The notes: generated by a model from the sequence alone, not told the origin. 64,000 nucleotides of DNA from an uncultured delta proteobacterium (GCA_963790475.1 CAWBOS010000011.1:160001-224000); one strand, 5' to 3'; shown: positions 40,210 to 51,940, counted from the first letter of the stretch. Numbers and translations: made by a program.

Positions 40210-41311
40210 ATGCGAAAAAAAATAGGGATGTTTATTACCATTTTATGCCTGGTTGGATTGTCCTCTTTTTCGGCTGACTCCTGCACGGTCTTTCGGCTCA
40301 AGGCCGACGACGGCACGATCATGGTCGGCCGCTCCATGGAGTTTGCCGTTGACCTCAAATACGACGCCATCGTGGTCCCAAGAAATAAATCCTATTCAAG
40401 TCCCACCCCTGACGGGCCGGAAGGTTTGACCTGGAAAACGCGTTATGGCTACGTTGGGATTGCCTCTTTCGGATTGGATTTCGGCTTGTCTGACGGAATG
40501 AATGAAAAGGGACTGGCTATCGGGGTGCTGTGGTATGAAACTGACATGAAATGGCAGGAGGTTACCCCCGGGGAGAGAAAAACCACCCTGGCTCAGGCCA
40601 TGGTCGGAGATTGGATTCTGGGCAACTTTGCCAGTGTAGAGGAGGTTAAACGGGAAATCCGTAAAGTGAAAGTGTTCCAATATACGGACCCCAAGACAAA
40701 AATATCCCCGACCACGCACTTCATCGTCTATGACGCCAACGGCGGCTGTATCGTGATTGAATATGAAGACGGTTTATGCAACATCTATGACAATCCTCTT
40801 GGCCTTATGACCAATGGTCCCAGATTCCCCTGGCAGCTAACCAACTTGCGTCAGTATGTCGGCATGACCAGTGAAAAACCGGAACCCTATCAAATGTCCG
40901 GTCTTACCTTTCCGGCCACGGGCCATGGATCAGGCATGTTCGGCCTTCCCGGGGATCTCACTCCGCCGAGCCGATTCGTCCGCCTCGCTGTTTTAACCAG
41001 GTTCTCGGACAAACAACCGGATGCGGAACGATTCTCTTAATCTTGCCCAGCATATCATCAACACTTTTGATATCCCTCTGGGATTGGTGACGGACACCTT
41101 CCCGGATAAAAAGACCGTTCTTAAAGAATCCACCCAGTGGGCCTCTTTTCGCGATCTCACCCATCGGATGGTTTACTTCAGAACCTATGACAACCAGAAT
41201 CTTCGAAAAATCGATTTGAATAAACTTGATTTCTCGGTCTCAGCAGTGAAGCGGATTCCGATGTTCGGAACCTCCGAGCTCATTGTGGATGTTACTAATC
41301 AAACCCTTTAA
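40210..41311 (+). CDS. Linear amide C-N hydrolase (choloylglycine hydrolase/penicillin V acylase), frameshift near 41032
   Basis: Signal peptide followed by CT, GRSMEF, DGMNEKGL and PGDLTPPSRFVR; continues in ORF 41021-41311. Confidence 0.88.
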
Positions 41312-41423
41312 GATGACTTATCAAGAGTCTCATAAAGCCCACTTTTAATCACCCTCTCTCGTTGCAGAGAGGGAACCGAATTTACTCCCTCCCCCTGATG
41401 GGGAAGATGAAGGAAACTTTCGA

Positions 41424-43196
41424 ATGAGTGCGATTACCATTATTACCGATGAAGTCCGTCAGCGTCTGATTGACGAATTTACTTCCCCTGGCGGACTATT
41501 TGAAGTCACCACCGAAACCATCCGCGGGGTGAAATACCGGGTTTTTAAATCCTCCCCCAGGAACCTCAGGGAAATGTACGCCCTGGGGATGGACAAGGAT
41601 TCTTTTTATTCCGGGGTCTTTATCAACTGGTTCGGGGATCAGGACTGGCCTTGCATGATCTACAGGGACGAGCGTTATTCTTTTGAGGAAGCGTATCAAC
41701 TCGCCGCTCAACTGGCCTGGCGGATGAAAGAAAGATTCGGCATTGAGAAAGGGGACCGGGTGGCTATTGCCATGCGTAACTATCCCGAGTTTTGCCTGGC
41801 CTTCATGGCCATCACGGCCATTGGCGCTATGGCCGTGCCCTTTAACGCCTGGTGGGAAGGGCCTGAGCTGGCTTATGGACTTCAAGACAGCGAGCCGAAA
41901 CTTATTTTTGCCGATCAGCAGCGTACCGACCGTCTGGTCCCCTATTTAAAAGAATTCAAGATACCCTTAGTGGTGGCCCGGCCTGAAAAAGACCTGCCTG
42001 AGGGTTCCATCCGCTACCAGGATCTGGTTGCGGGATCAAAAGAAAAAGATTTTCCCGCGGCCGAGGTCGATCTTGATGATGACGCCTATATCATGTACAC
42101 CTCCGGCTCGACCGGCCGGCCCAAAGGGGTAGTGACCACGCACCGGGCGGTTATTAACACAGTCATGTCCTGGCATTTTCCGGTTATCGGATTACTGCAC
42201 CTGGATAAGGACTATCTGGATGAAGTCAAACCGGCCAATAGACCATCCACCATCCTGACCGTACCCATGTTTCACGTCACCGGCCTTATCTCGCAATTTT
42301 TGGCCAACTTCATCATCAAAAGAAAAATGATCATGTTGTATAAATGGGACCCGGAAGAGGCCCTCGGGCTGATCGAGAAAGAGCATATTACCCAATTCAA
42401 CGGGGTACCTTCCATGTCCTGGGAAATGGTCAACTCCCCCAATCTAAGGAAATATGACCTGAGCAGTTTGACGGTCATGGGCGGCGGAGGCGCCGCCCGG
42501 CCGCCACAGCATGTCAAACTGTTGGAACAAATTTTAGGAAGGCATATTTCCCAGGCCGGTTATGGGTTGACTGAAACCACGGCCATAGGGGCCACCAACT
42601 CCGGGGAACCCTATTTGACACATCCGGACAGCGTTGGCCGTCCCACCCCTCCCCTGGTTGAGGCCAAGATCGTCAATGAGCTGGGCAAGACCTTAAAGAA
42701 CGGTGAAATCGGGGAGATCTGTTTCAAAAGCCCGGCCAACCTGAGAGAGTACTGGAAGGACCCCAAGGCAACGGCGGATATTTTTCTCGAAGGCGGGTGG
42801 CTGAAAACCGGAGATGTGGGTTTTATTGACGATGATGGCTTTATCTATATCAAAGACCGGGCCAAGGACCTGGTGATCCGGGGAGGGGAGAACATCGCCT
42901 GTCGGGAGGTAGAGGACGCCATATACGAACACCCCAAGGTCTTTGAGGCGGCCGTGTTCGGATTGCCGGAAGAAAGACTGGGCGAACAGGTGGCCGCTGT
43001 AATTCAGGTACGACCGGAAGAAGAATTAACCGAAGAGGAATTGAGGAATTACCTGAGCACCCGGTTGGCCAAATTCAAAATCCCCACTCTGATCTGGATA
43101 CAAAAAGAACCCCTTATGCGGGGCGGTACGGGTAAGATAAACAAAAGAGGGATGAAGGAGGAAAAGCTATCCGGGTTATCAAAGGGCAAATCTTAG
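41424..43196 (+). CDS. Long-chain acyl-CoA synthetase (class I adenylate-forming)
   Basis: YTSGSTGRPKG, GYGLTET, TGD and RGGENI motifs. Confidence 0.93.
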   Translation: MSAITIITDEVRQRLIDEFTSPGGLFEVTTETIRGVKYRVFKSSPRNLREMYALGMDKDSFYSGVFINWFGDQDWPCMIYRDERYSFEEAYQLAAQLAWRMKERFGIEKGDRVAIAMRNYPEFCLAFMAITAIGAMAVPFNAWWEGPELAYGLQDSEPKLIFADQQRTDRLVPYLKEFKIPLVVARPEKDLPEGSIRYQDLVAGSKEKDFPAAEVDLDDDAYIMYTSGSTGRPKGVVTTHRAVINTVMSWHFPVIGLLHLDKDYLDEVKPANRPSTILTVPMFHVTGLISQFLANFIIKRKMIMLYKWDPEEALGLIEKEHITQFNGVPSMSWEMVNSPNLRKYDLSSLTVMGGGGAARPPQHVKLLEQILGRHISQAGYGLTETTAIGATNSGEPYLTHPDSVGRPTPPLVEAKIVNELGKTLKNGEIGEICFKSPANLREYWKDPKATADIFLEGGWLKTGDVGFIDDDGFIYIKDRAKDLVIRGGENIACREVEDAIYEHPKVFEAAVFGLPEERLGEQVAAVIQVRPEEELTEEELRNYLSTRLAKFKIPTLIWIQKEPLMRGGTGKINKRGMKEEKLSGLSKGKS

Positions 43197-43278
43197 CCTT
43201 AGTCGTGTTATCCAACAGTCAGGTGAAAATATTATCCGGTTTCAGGAGATAGTAACCCTCAAAGGAGGTAAATAAGGT

Positions 43279-44217
43279 ATGACGGAATATACTCAGTTCA
43301 AACTGGCGGCGATTCAGGCTGAGCCGGTTTACTTCGATCGTCAGGCGTCGACCGAGAAAGCCTGTCACCTTATCCGGGAAGCGGGGGCTCAGGGCGCCAC
43401 CCTGGCCGCCTTTAGTGAATCATGGCTGCCGGGTTATCCGTTTTTCGTTTGGGGTTCAGCCACGGGATCGATGGCCGCTGAATATCTGGCCAATGCGGTC
43501 GAAATACCGAGCCCCACCACCGGCCAATTGTGTGAGGCGGCTCGCCTAGCTCATACGGATGTCGTCATAGGTGTGGCGGAACGGGACTCACAGACTCGGG
43601 GAACGGTTTACTGCACCCTGCTGTTCATCGGCAGTGAAGGAACGATCCTGGGCCGACACCGAAAACTCAAACCAACCCACCGGGAACGCACAGCCTGGGG
43701 CGAAGGGGATGGAAGCGGTCTCACTGTTTACGATCGCCCCTACGCTAAAATCAGCGGGCTCAATTGTTGGGAACACAACATGGTCCTTCCCGGTTATGCC
43801 CTGATAGCCCAGGGAACTCAAATCCACGTTGCTGCCTGGCCGGGGATGAAAAACTCGCGCCATATGTTTTTGTCCAGGGCCTTTGCCTCCCAAGCGAGTG
43901 CCTATGTCATTGATGTGGGTGCGGTGCTGTCCCCCGAGCGTGTTTCAGAAACGTATAAGGATCTGGCCAGCAGTTATCCGGGAGAAAGCTGTATCATCGA
44001 TCCCCGGGGTGAGGTCATAGCCGGGCCGGCCGAGGGGGAAACCATCCTCCTGGCCGACTGTTCGATGGATCGCATCTTCTCCGCCAAGGCGCTTTGCGAT
44101 GTTGCCGGGCACTATTCGCGACCGGATCTCTTTCGACTGAGCGTTAACCGATCACCTTATCGCCGGGTGGTCGAGATGCAAGAGCACAAGCCTGACTGTG
44201 ATTCGGACAACCCTTGA
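43279..44217 (+). CDS. Nitrilase (carbon-nitrogen hydrolase)
   Basis: FSE, HRKLKPT and CWEH triad motifs; GHYSRPD. Confidence 0.92.
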   Translation: MTEYTQFKLAAIQAEPVYFDRQASTEKACHLIREAGAQGATLAAFSESWLPGYPFFVWGSATGSMAAEYLANAVEIPSPTTGQLCEAARLAHTDVVIGVAERDSQTRGTVYCTLLFIGSEGTILGRHRKLKPTHRERTAWGEGDGSGLTVYDRPYAKISGLNCWEHNMVLPGYALIAQGTQIHVAAWPGMKNSRHMFLSRAFASQASAYVIDVGAVLSPERVSETYKDLASSYPGESCIIDPRGEVIAGPAEGETILLADCSMDRIFSAKALCDVAGHYSRPDLFRLSVNRSPYRRVVEMQEHKPDCDSDNP

Positions 44218-44297
44218 ATCCTGAATATCTTGAATTGAGTCGGACCGGAGAAATTTTATGAAACAGCGGTAAGATCACTTCTGATTGGAGGTAACTA

Positions 44298-44753
44298 ATG
44301 GAACCTGAGCTAAGATTCGCCGGCACCCATGATTTGCTCCAGGCTGAAATCGGGGAGGAAATTACCCCGGTGGAGATGGTTATTACTGAGGAGATGGTAG
44401 AAAGACAGGCCTGGGCTAATGATGATTACAATCCCTGGTACATGAAGGAATCACCTTTCGGCGGCCGTATCGCTCCGCCAACCTTCCTTTCCTACGACAC
44501 CGACATCATGCTATGGAACCACTTTGTTCTGCCCGAAGGTAAAGGTGTTTGGGCGAAACAGGAATTCGAATTCATAAAACCTCTAAGGGTAGGTCAAAAA
44601 ATCAAGATAACCGGCAAAGTGACCGATAAGACCGCGAAAAGAGGGAGGGATCATATATCCTTTGAGTTCATAGTTACAGAAGAGGATGGCTCCGAGGTCG
44701 TGCGGATGCGGTCCGTGCAGGCCTTTCCTTTAATCGCCAGAATGGAAAAATAA
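44298..44753 (+). CDS. MaoC/hot-dog fold dehydratase subunit
   Basis: DDYNPWY...SPFGGRIAPPT and FIKPLRVG motifs. Confidence 0.8.
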   Translation: MEPELRFAGTHDLLQAEIGEEITPVEMVITEEMVERQAWANDDYNPWYMKESPFGGRIAPPTFLSYDTDIMLWNHFVLPEGKGVWAKQEFEFIKPLRVGQKIKITGKVTDKTAKRGRDHISFEFIVTEEDGSEVVRMRSVQAFPLIARMEK

Positions 44754-44773
44754 ATCCGGATCAGGAGCGGAAG

Positions 44774-45232
44774 ATGAACACAAAATCAATAGACCCGACA
44801 GCATTCCAACCCATGAAGGTAACCGCCAGCAGGCATACCGAGGTCGGATTCGAGATAGAACCTATTACCGAAAAACTTACCCTGGATAAAATACGCCTCT
44901 ATCGGAGTCAGTGGCCGCGCATCAGGAACTGGCACAACGACTATGAGATAGCCCAGAACTGGGGCGTTGATAAGCCCCTGGCCTTTGCCAGCCAGGTCAT
45001 GGAATACCTGGGGGAGATGCTCGTCAAATTTTTCGGTGAAGGGTATCTGGGGGGAAATCTCTCCGTGTCTATTATTCAATCGGTCTTTCCGGAAGACACG
45101 GTGGTTGCCAAAGGCCAAGTTCGGGAGAAGGTCGTGGAAGGCGAAGCGATAAAGCTGGTTCTGGATGTTTGGTGCGAAAACCAGCGGGGCGAGAAGGTAA
45201 TCGTCGGTAAAGCGACGGGGTTTGTGCATTAA
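44774..45232 (+). CDS. MaoC/hot-dog fold dehydratase subunit
   Basis: NWHNDYEIAQ, VFPEDTV and WCENQRGEKVIVG motifs. Confidence 0.78.
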   Translation: MNTKSIDPTAFQPMKVTASRHTEVGFEIEPITEKLTLDKIRLYRSQWPRIRNWHNDYEIAQNWGVDKPLAFASQVMEYLGEMLVKFFGEGYLGGNLSVSIIQSVFPEDTVVAKGQVREKVVEGEAIKLVLDVWCENQRGEKVIVGKATGFVH

Positions 45233-45286
45233 GAGGCAGGGCGGCATAACGGACCGAGAAATCCGGGACCAGAAACCCCGGACGGC

Positions 45287-45622
45287 TTACCTCCCGGCGG
45301 TACACACCATTGGGCGATAGGCCGACAGCCTGGAAACTCGGGAGATGAGATAGTCGGCTACCTGTCGGCCAATGCTGCCGAGGGTCTGATATACACGGTA
45401 CATCTCATAACGGAAGGGCAACCGGCTAACCTTGCCGAAATAGTCCGGGATAAAATCGCGATCCAGGGCAACGTTATAAGCGATAACGGTGCGGGCTGAG
45501 GGAAGCAGATAAGTGGGGTCGGCTGATGGAGGTCCGGCAAGGTTCTCCTTTACGGTGACCCGCGCATCGGTAGCCCCCACCTTTAGAATATATTCTTTGA
45601 TTTCTTGTTTCAGGTCATTCAT
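45287..45622 (-). pseudogene. N-terminal fragment of epoxyqueuosine-reductase/dehalogenase-like Fe-S protein
   Basis: GPPSADPTYLLPSARTVI motif; the ferredoxin part is absent. Confidence 0.55.
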
Positions 45623-45780
45623 TAGTGTTCTCTTTTTTTTGTTTCAAATTTTAAGAAGGGTTGGTTTTTACGGCCCAATTTTGTATAAGCCCATGAACAA
45701 GGGAATCCTCTGTGCACCCTGGAAGCCTCGGACCTGGAGCCTCCGAAACTTTTGCAACATCGAGGTTAATCTCCATAGAC

Positions 45781-47097
45781 TTAATAATGGAACTCGGCGA
45801 TGACTATTTCCCCGGCGTCCAGCGGGTAAGTGAGGACAGTCAGGGATTCTTGATTCAAAACAACCCTTACCGGGCGGAGAGGCCCCGGTTCAAAGCGCTG
45901 TTTCGCTTCGGAGGTTCCCGGCACTCCTTCATTGACCCCTGGCGGCACTTTGCCGTCGATCAGAAATGTATCCCGGCCGTGTCCGAGGTACCCGCGAGGC
46001 CGAGTGAGCGTGACAAGACTACCGCTTCCTTTGTCGCGGTCGCCAAGAGGTCTCAGACGCAGATGAATGTAGGCGCTCGAACGCGGGAATGGCGTGCGAT
46101 AGAGGTGGGTAATCGGGTAGTCGGTTGCCGTAATCACGAATTCATAATAGGCAGTCGGTTTGGCGGTGAAGGGGCCCCAGAGCCCGTTCTCAGAGGTCGT
46201 CCGCTGATGGACTGCTTCTCCCAGGCGCCGGCCGGTTAAGGGGTCGACTTCGTAGATTTCAACCTTCACTCCGGCCAGGGGAAGGTTCGTAGGGGCACCA
46301 TTGGCCCATCCGCTGACCATGCCATTCAGGGTTGGCTGCGGTTGGGGGATGACTTCGAGAGTCTTGGGTTGATAGCCGGTGATGAAGGCATATATAGCTT
46401 TAAAGGCCAGAGAATGGAAGGCGACTTCTCGATGGTCGAGCCCGGGGAGTACTATGTTTTTGGCTCCTCGAAGCTCAGGCCCGGCATAAGTAACATTGGT
46501 CGGGGACCCGGGCATTCCCAGGAATCGCCCATCGGGCTGTGCGTATTTATCATTCGAGTCACTGCGGGTGGTCATGAACTGCACTCCGGGGAAAACCTCA
46601 TCACCGGCGTTAAGTCCGGAAAGGAAAGGACCCAACCCATTCATTTCATTATTAAGATTTGCTGGAGTCGCCTGGACACCGTGATTCGGCGTAGCACACA
46701 AGATAGCTTGGGAAACATTTGCCGCGCCATTTAAGTTCTTTATGTAATTGCGGATCGCGTATCCCCCTCGCGAACTGCCGACCAGGATCACCTTTTTCTC
46801 TCCGGTGCGAGCTTGAATCTCGGAGACCTTGGCCGCGAGCTCATTGGCTTGATCGATGATGCTGCTCCGGTTTTCCTGAGGTTTGGTATCATCGTTACGG
46901 GCGGTGGGGTGCTTGAAGTCGATGGCCGAGAGAAGCGAGGGGTTGTAGCCGTTCGATTCGAAACGCCAGATGGTCGTGTACCATAAAGCGGCGCTGTCAC
47001 CGTTACCATGGACGAAGAGGACAGGGCGAGATGCGTCCGCCCCAACATTGACCGCAAGAAGCATCAGCAGCAAGGCAGCCAAAAGGAACCGGCTCAT
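45781..47097 (-). CDS. Secreted alpha/beta hydrolase (lipase-like)
   Basis: Signal peptide, PVLFVHG, GSSRG elbow and LDH. Confidence 0.82.
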   Translation of the reverse strand: MSRFLLAALLLMLLAVNVGADASRPVLFVHGNGDSAALWYTTIWRFESNGYNPSLLSAIDFKHPTARNDDTKPQENRSSIIDQANELAAKVSEIQARTGEKKVILVGSSRGGYAIRNYIKNLNGAANVSQAILCATPNHGVQATPANLNNEMNGLGPFLSGLNAGDEVFPGVQFMTTRSDSNDKYAQPDGRFLGMPGSPTNVTYAGPELRGAKNIVLPGLDHREVAFHSLAFKAIYAFITGYQPKTLEVIPQPQPTLNGMVSGWANGAPTNLPLAGVKVEIYEVDPLTGRRLGEAVHQRTTSENGLWGPFTAKPTAYYEFVITATDYPITHLYRTPFPRSSAYIHLRLRPLGDRDKGSGSLVTLTRPRGYLGHGRDTFLIDGKVPPGVNEGVPGTSEAKQRFEPGPLRPVRVVLNQESLTVLTYPLDAGEIVIAEFHY

Positions 47098-47271
47098 GAT
47101 CTGGCCCGGCGATCTTCTCTGCTGAAGGCCTTTTCATTTTTCTTGAAACTTTTCCATTTTAATTCCTCCCTTGGATATTATCACACCAATTTTCTTTTGC
47201 CCTCTATGAAACTATTCCCGGAATCCGGTTTTTATTTTTCCTCGGCCGGGTGCCTCCGATTTTTTTCTCTC

Positions 47272-48945
47272 CTATCCGAAAACCCCTCCCATGCGGCCCC
47301 CGGCCAGCCGATTGATGATCAACAAACAGGCCGCACCCAGAATGATCAAAATAAATCCCAAAGCTGCCGCTTCATTCACCGACCCGCCGATATAAAAATT
47401 GAAGATGCCCACAGTCATCATTTCATGACCGGGGACGACCAGGAGGAGCGTGGCCGAAGCCTCCTGCAGGGCCAGGATAAAGGAATAAAGAGAGCCCGTC
47501 AGCACACCTTTCCAGATCAGGGGCAGGGTCACATCCTTGAAGGTCCGCGTCTTGGTGGCCCCCACGCTTTCGGCCGCTTCTTCGAAGGAGCGGTGGACGA
47601 TGAGCAGTGACGAAAAGGTCCCGCGGACGGTGTAGGGCAGACGTCTTACCCCCAGTACGATGGGGATGACGACCCACAGTCCGATGAGAGGGATGCCCAT
47701 GAAAGGCAGCGGGTCACGGAAGGCCCGCATGTAGGCGATCCCGATCCCGGTCCCGGGCAGGGCCAGGATCAGCGTCGTCAGGGAATCCAGGATCTCCCGG
47801 CCGGGGAGTTTGGTTCGCGCCATGACCCAGGCCGCGGGGACCCCCACCGCGATACAGATGGCCACGGATATGCCCGAATAGAGCAGGCTGTTGAGAATAA
47901 ATTTGGGTGTTTCCACGGCCACCCGTTGGAAGTACTGCAGGGTATATTTGACGGGAATGGGGGTTAAGGCCCAGCCCTTGCCGAAGGAATCAAGGGCGAT
48001 TCCGACGTAAGGGATAAAAGCGAAGAGGAGTATGAAAATGAGGAAAGCGAGAACGCCGGCCTTGGACAGAGGGGTCAGCTTTTTTCGTTCGATCTGGGCA
48101 TAGGCCAGGGAGCTGTAATCTTTGATGGCCACGTATTTCTTGGCGATGACGAGAAAAACAATGGCCAGAATGACCATGATGGCCGAGATGACGATCCCCA
48201 TCTTGAAAAGGCCCCGGTCCACGAACTGGACGATATTGAGATAGGCCTGGGAGGCCAGGAGGTCATCGACCCCCACCACCAGAGGGGTGGCAAAATCGGC
48301 GAAGGTCCAGATGAAGACCAGGAGGGCCCCGGTGACATATCCCGGCGTGGTAAGCGGAAAGGTGATGTCCAGGAATTTGCGCAGGCCGCGGGAGCCGACG
48401 CTCTCGGCCGCCTCATCGAGGGAAGGCGATATTTTGCTCAGGGCATCGACAATGCTCAGGGTCATAAGGGGAAAGAGGTGCAGCGTCTCCACCAGAAGCA
48501 CCCATGGACGCCGTACATGAAATTGATCGGCTGTTGAAAGCCCAGGTAGTCCTGGAGGAGGATGTTCACCGTCCCGGCCCGCCCCAGGATGAAAGTAAAG
48601 CCCATGACCCCGACCAGGGGGGGCATGATCATGGGGATGATGGTCAGATAGGAAAAGAGGTTTCGACCAGGAAAGTCATAACGCAGCAAAAGAAAAGAGA
48701 CGGAGATACCGATGACCGAGGTAGTCATAACCGTGGCCACACCAAGCAGCAGGGAATTGATAAGTGTCCTCAGGTAGAAGGCATCGGTGAAGAACCGATA
48801 GAAGTTGGCCAGGGTGAAGATCCCGTTGTCGGTGGTAAAGCTGTCATAAAAAAGGCGGGTAAGGGGATAGATGAGAAAGATGATGAAGAAGGCCCAGAGC
48901 GCGGCGTACCCGAAAAGACCGCCGATCCGCCTATCGGACCGGGCA
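47272..48945 (-). CDS. Fe(III)/FbpB-type ABC permease, 1-nt frameshift near 48500; 5' end uncertain
   Basis: Two EAA motifs (LDEAAESVG, FEEAAESVG); ORFs 48462-49073 and 47272-48501 join. Confidence 0.82.
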
Positions 48946-49383
48946 CCGGGACTGCTGACGATTTCGGAAAGTGCGGGGAGATGAGTGAAATTCTCGTCCT
49001 GGGGAAGCAGGAAGTTGTCGCCTGTCAACAATGCGGGAGCCAAGATTTGATTAAGTTGATGTCCGCTCATCATGTTTCCGTCAGCTCTCCGTCTTTCTCC
49101 ATACCCGAACCCTCAAGCGGTTGCTGCGGATCACCCAACTCTTGCGGAACCCCGGGAAGCTGCTGTTCGAAGTAAAGAGAAAAACCCAGTAATAAACAGG
49201 CCGGGTCTCTTTATTGCCAAAATGATTTAAATAGATCCGCTTCAGCTTGATTCTGATGGGTGACTGGTGCAGTGGAGTTATCGCTGACCCATCAACCTAT
49301 GAAATTTAGCAGGGGTAATGACGTTGGGGACCTTGGGGTAGTTCTATCAGGTTTAAGGCGAAGGGGGGGCCCCTATTACAAGC

Positions 49384-50778
49384 TCATTCGATGAATTTAG
49401 TAACCAAATAAATAGAGTTGCCCTTTTGGGCCAGGTAATGCAGCCTATCTGAAGAGTCAAAAATGACTCCCCCTTCACTAAACACGATGTCATATGGCTT
49501 CTCTTCCTTTCCGTCAACCACCACAACACATTTGTCACCCTTTTTGGCAACATAAGCCAAATGTTTGCTGTTTGGGCTGAAGTTCAACATGCTTACGAAT
49601 CCGTCATACTGCCTCCCCTCATTCCCATCAACGACCACGATCTGCTTGTTACCCTCTTTAACGGCATAGGCCAGATGCTCACTGTTCGGACTGAATTTAA
49701 GTAACCGCCTCCAGATGCCCTCATAGGCCTTTCCTTCTTTGCCATCTACGATGACAAAGGGAAAAGGTTTAGTGACTTCCCGGGCCAAATAAGCGACACG
49801 GGCAGTATTGGGGCTAAATATGAGAGTGCCTTGCCCCACGTTCTGATATGGCTTCTCTTCTTTGCCATCAATAACCACAAACCATTTATCCACTGCCATG
49901 GCTGAATAGGCCACTCGCCTACTGTCAGGACTGAAGACCGGGATGTCGGTGTTATCATAGTGCTTCCCTTCATTCCCATCAACGACCACGATCTGCTTGT
50001 TACCCTCTTTAGCGGCATAGGCCAGATGCTCGCTGTTCGGGCTGAAGATTAGACTCTCCTTGGTTATAATTTCATATCCCTTCTCTTCCTTTCCATCAAC
50101 GACGACAAACTGTTTTCCGCCCGCGTGAGCCACGTAGGTCAGATGCTTGCTGTTTGGACTGAAGCTGACCATATCTATGCCGTCATACTGCTTGTCTTCT
50201 TTTCCGTCAACGACCACAAGCTGTCTGTTGCCTGCCCTGACCGAATAGGCCAATCGCTCGCTGTTTGGGCTGAACTTGAGGGACCCATTGGCGATGCCGT
50301 CGTATTTTTTCCCTTCCTTTCCATTAATGACCACAACCCATTTATTGGCTTTTTTTGCCACATAGGCGACAAGTGCGCTATTGGGGCTGAAGACGGGAAT
50401 ACTTATGCTGTCGTGTTCTCTTCCTTCCTTCCTATCAATGATTACTAACCATTTGTCGTTTTTCTTGGCTGCGTAGGCCAAACGCTCGCTGTTCGGGCTA
50501 AATATGAGGGTCCCTTTCCCTATGCTATCATAATTCTTCTCTCCTTTTCCATCAACCACGACAAACTGCTTGTCTTTCGCATAAGCCACACAGGCGATGC
50601 GCTTACTGCTGGGGCTGACCGACAAACTATCGAGCATCCATGAAGAGTCCATTTGAGCAACGAGCCTTTCGGATCCCAACCTGTTAGGCGCCTTTTCCCT
50701 GGCATAGACTGACAAACCAATACAGATAAAGAAAAGAGCCGGATACAACAATAGGATTCTCCCGCGCATTTCAACCAC
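49384..50778 (-). CDS. Secreted PD40/WD40-like beta-propeller repeat protein
   Basis: About 10 repeats of FSPNSxxLAY...VVVDGKExKxYD after a signal peptide. Confidence 0.85.
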   Translation of the reverse strand: MVEMRGRILLLYPALFFICIGLSVYAREKAPNRLGSERLVAQMDSSWMLDSLSVSPSSKRIACVAYAKDKQFVVVDGKGEKNYDSIGKGTLIFSPNSERLAYAAKKNDKWLVIIDRKEGREHDSISIPVFSPNSALVAYVAKKANKWVVVINGKEGKKYDGIANGSLKFSPNSERLAYSVRAGNRQLVVVDGKEDKQYDGIDMVSFSPNSKHLTYVAHAGGKQFVVVDGKEEKGYEIITKESLIFSPNSEHLAYAAKEGNKQIVVVDGNEGKHYDNTDIPVFSPDSRRVAYSAMAVDKWFVVIDGKEEKPYQNVGQGTLIFSPNTARVAYLAREVTKPFPFVIVDGKEGKAYEGIWRRLLKFSPNSEHLAYAVKEGNKQIVVVDGNEGRQYDGFVSMLNFSPNSKHLAYVAKKGDKCVVVVDGKEEKPYDIVFSEGGVIFDSSDRLHYLAQKGNSIYLVTKFIE

Positions 50779-51151
50779 CTCCTTGTTTCCTGGAGTCTAA
50801 GGGACTATAACTCGTTCACATCGGCGCTGCCGATATTTCTTCTATAGTTTATAATCCAATCTGTTGATTTTAAGCAACCTACGCTTACCTGGTCAAGGAA
50901 ATAAACGGGATGGGAGGCAAGGGAATGGAGATTGTTTTTTTTAAGAAAACGGGACTAGGCAGGGTTGGAATTTACAAATTGATTACCGATGGAAATGTGC
51001 GAAAATCCTACCTCCTTTAACGATTTCAAGTAATAAAAACCCTCTAAGGCTGTTAATAACAATTCAACTCGATTATAATTTTCTTTGAAATATTCTTTGG
51101 CCAAACAAAAACCCCACCCTTTTCCTGAGAAATGAGTTCCTTAGTTGAAAG

Positions 51152-51457
51152 TTATTTCCACCCTTCCTTTTCCTTTGCGGCTTCTTTGGTCAGCCATTGC
51201 ATATTACCTGGAGAGTCGGCCCCACCTCGATTAAGCGGGATAATATGATCCACTACATATCCCGGCCTACCATGGGGATATCCCGTTTGTTTCATAAATT
51301 GTTTCTTAGCAGATAAACCCCGATGAGTAATACTCCTTCTATGGCCCGCATGACCTCTGGATCCGGAAGATTTCCTGCCGCTACTCCGGGCAAAGATATC
51401 GGTTGAAAAAGATAAGAAAAGTAGTGCCGATAGAATTATGGGGAAAATTTTCTTCAT
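51152..51457 (-). CDS. Small HNH-motif protein with signal peptide
   Basis: VVDHIIPLNRGGADSPGNMQWL motif; hydrophobic N-terminus. Confidence 0.7.
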   Translation of the reverse strand: MKKIFPIILSALLFLSFSTDIFARSSGRKSSGSRGHAGHRRSITHRGLSAKKQFMKQTGYPHGRPGYVVDHIIPLNRGGADSPGNMQWLTKEAAKEKEGWK

Positions 51458-51940
51458 ACTAATCCTCTTTACTCTTAAATGTTCGCTCTAATCATTTTAA
51501 TTGATTATGGAAATTAAACGGTCTTCTCCCTATCTTTTTCTATGAATTCGGAAAGTCCTTTCTTAGAATCTTTATCGGGTGATCTAAAGCGTAGTAGAAT
51601 AACTTCAATTTCTTCAGGAGTAGATCCATTGATTTGTTTTCAAATTACCTAGATCGAATCACTTGTCCTTGACAATAGTTAGGTTGATGGATTGTGTCAA
51701 GATAACTTTTCTTGTGACTTCACCTATCAGGCCTATCTTATATTGACCTACCGAAGAGTCAATTTTATTGATTTTTTCAGGCGCAGATACTCCTTTCGAA
51801 TCCGTTTGGATTAGACCCCTTTACAAGACTTGTCATTAAACTATGGAGCACGGCCTTGGAACTGAAGATTTTCCGGTCCGCCTAATGCGGAAGGGGTGCC
51901 CCCCCCCTTTTAAACTTCAGATTGGAAATTAGGCGGTCTC

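Noticed and set aside
2740-48505. Programmed frameshifting or mass pseudogenisation (fcl, priming transferase, ExeA, hydrolase, permease)
   Set aside because: These are mostly single-base indels in short homopolymers of otherwise intact genes, most simply explained as long-read consensus errors. Read-level checking is needed.
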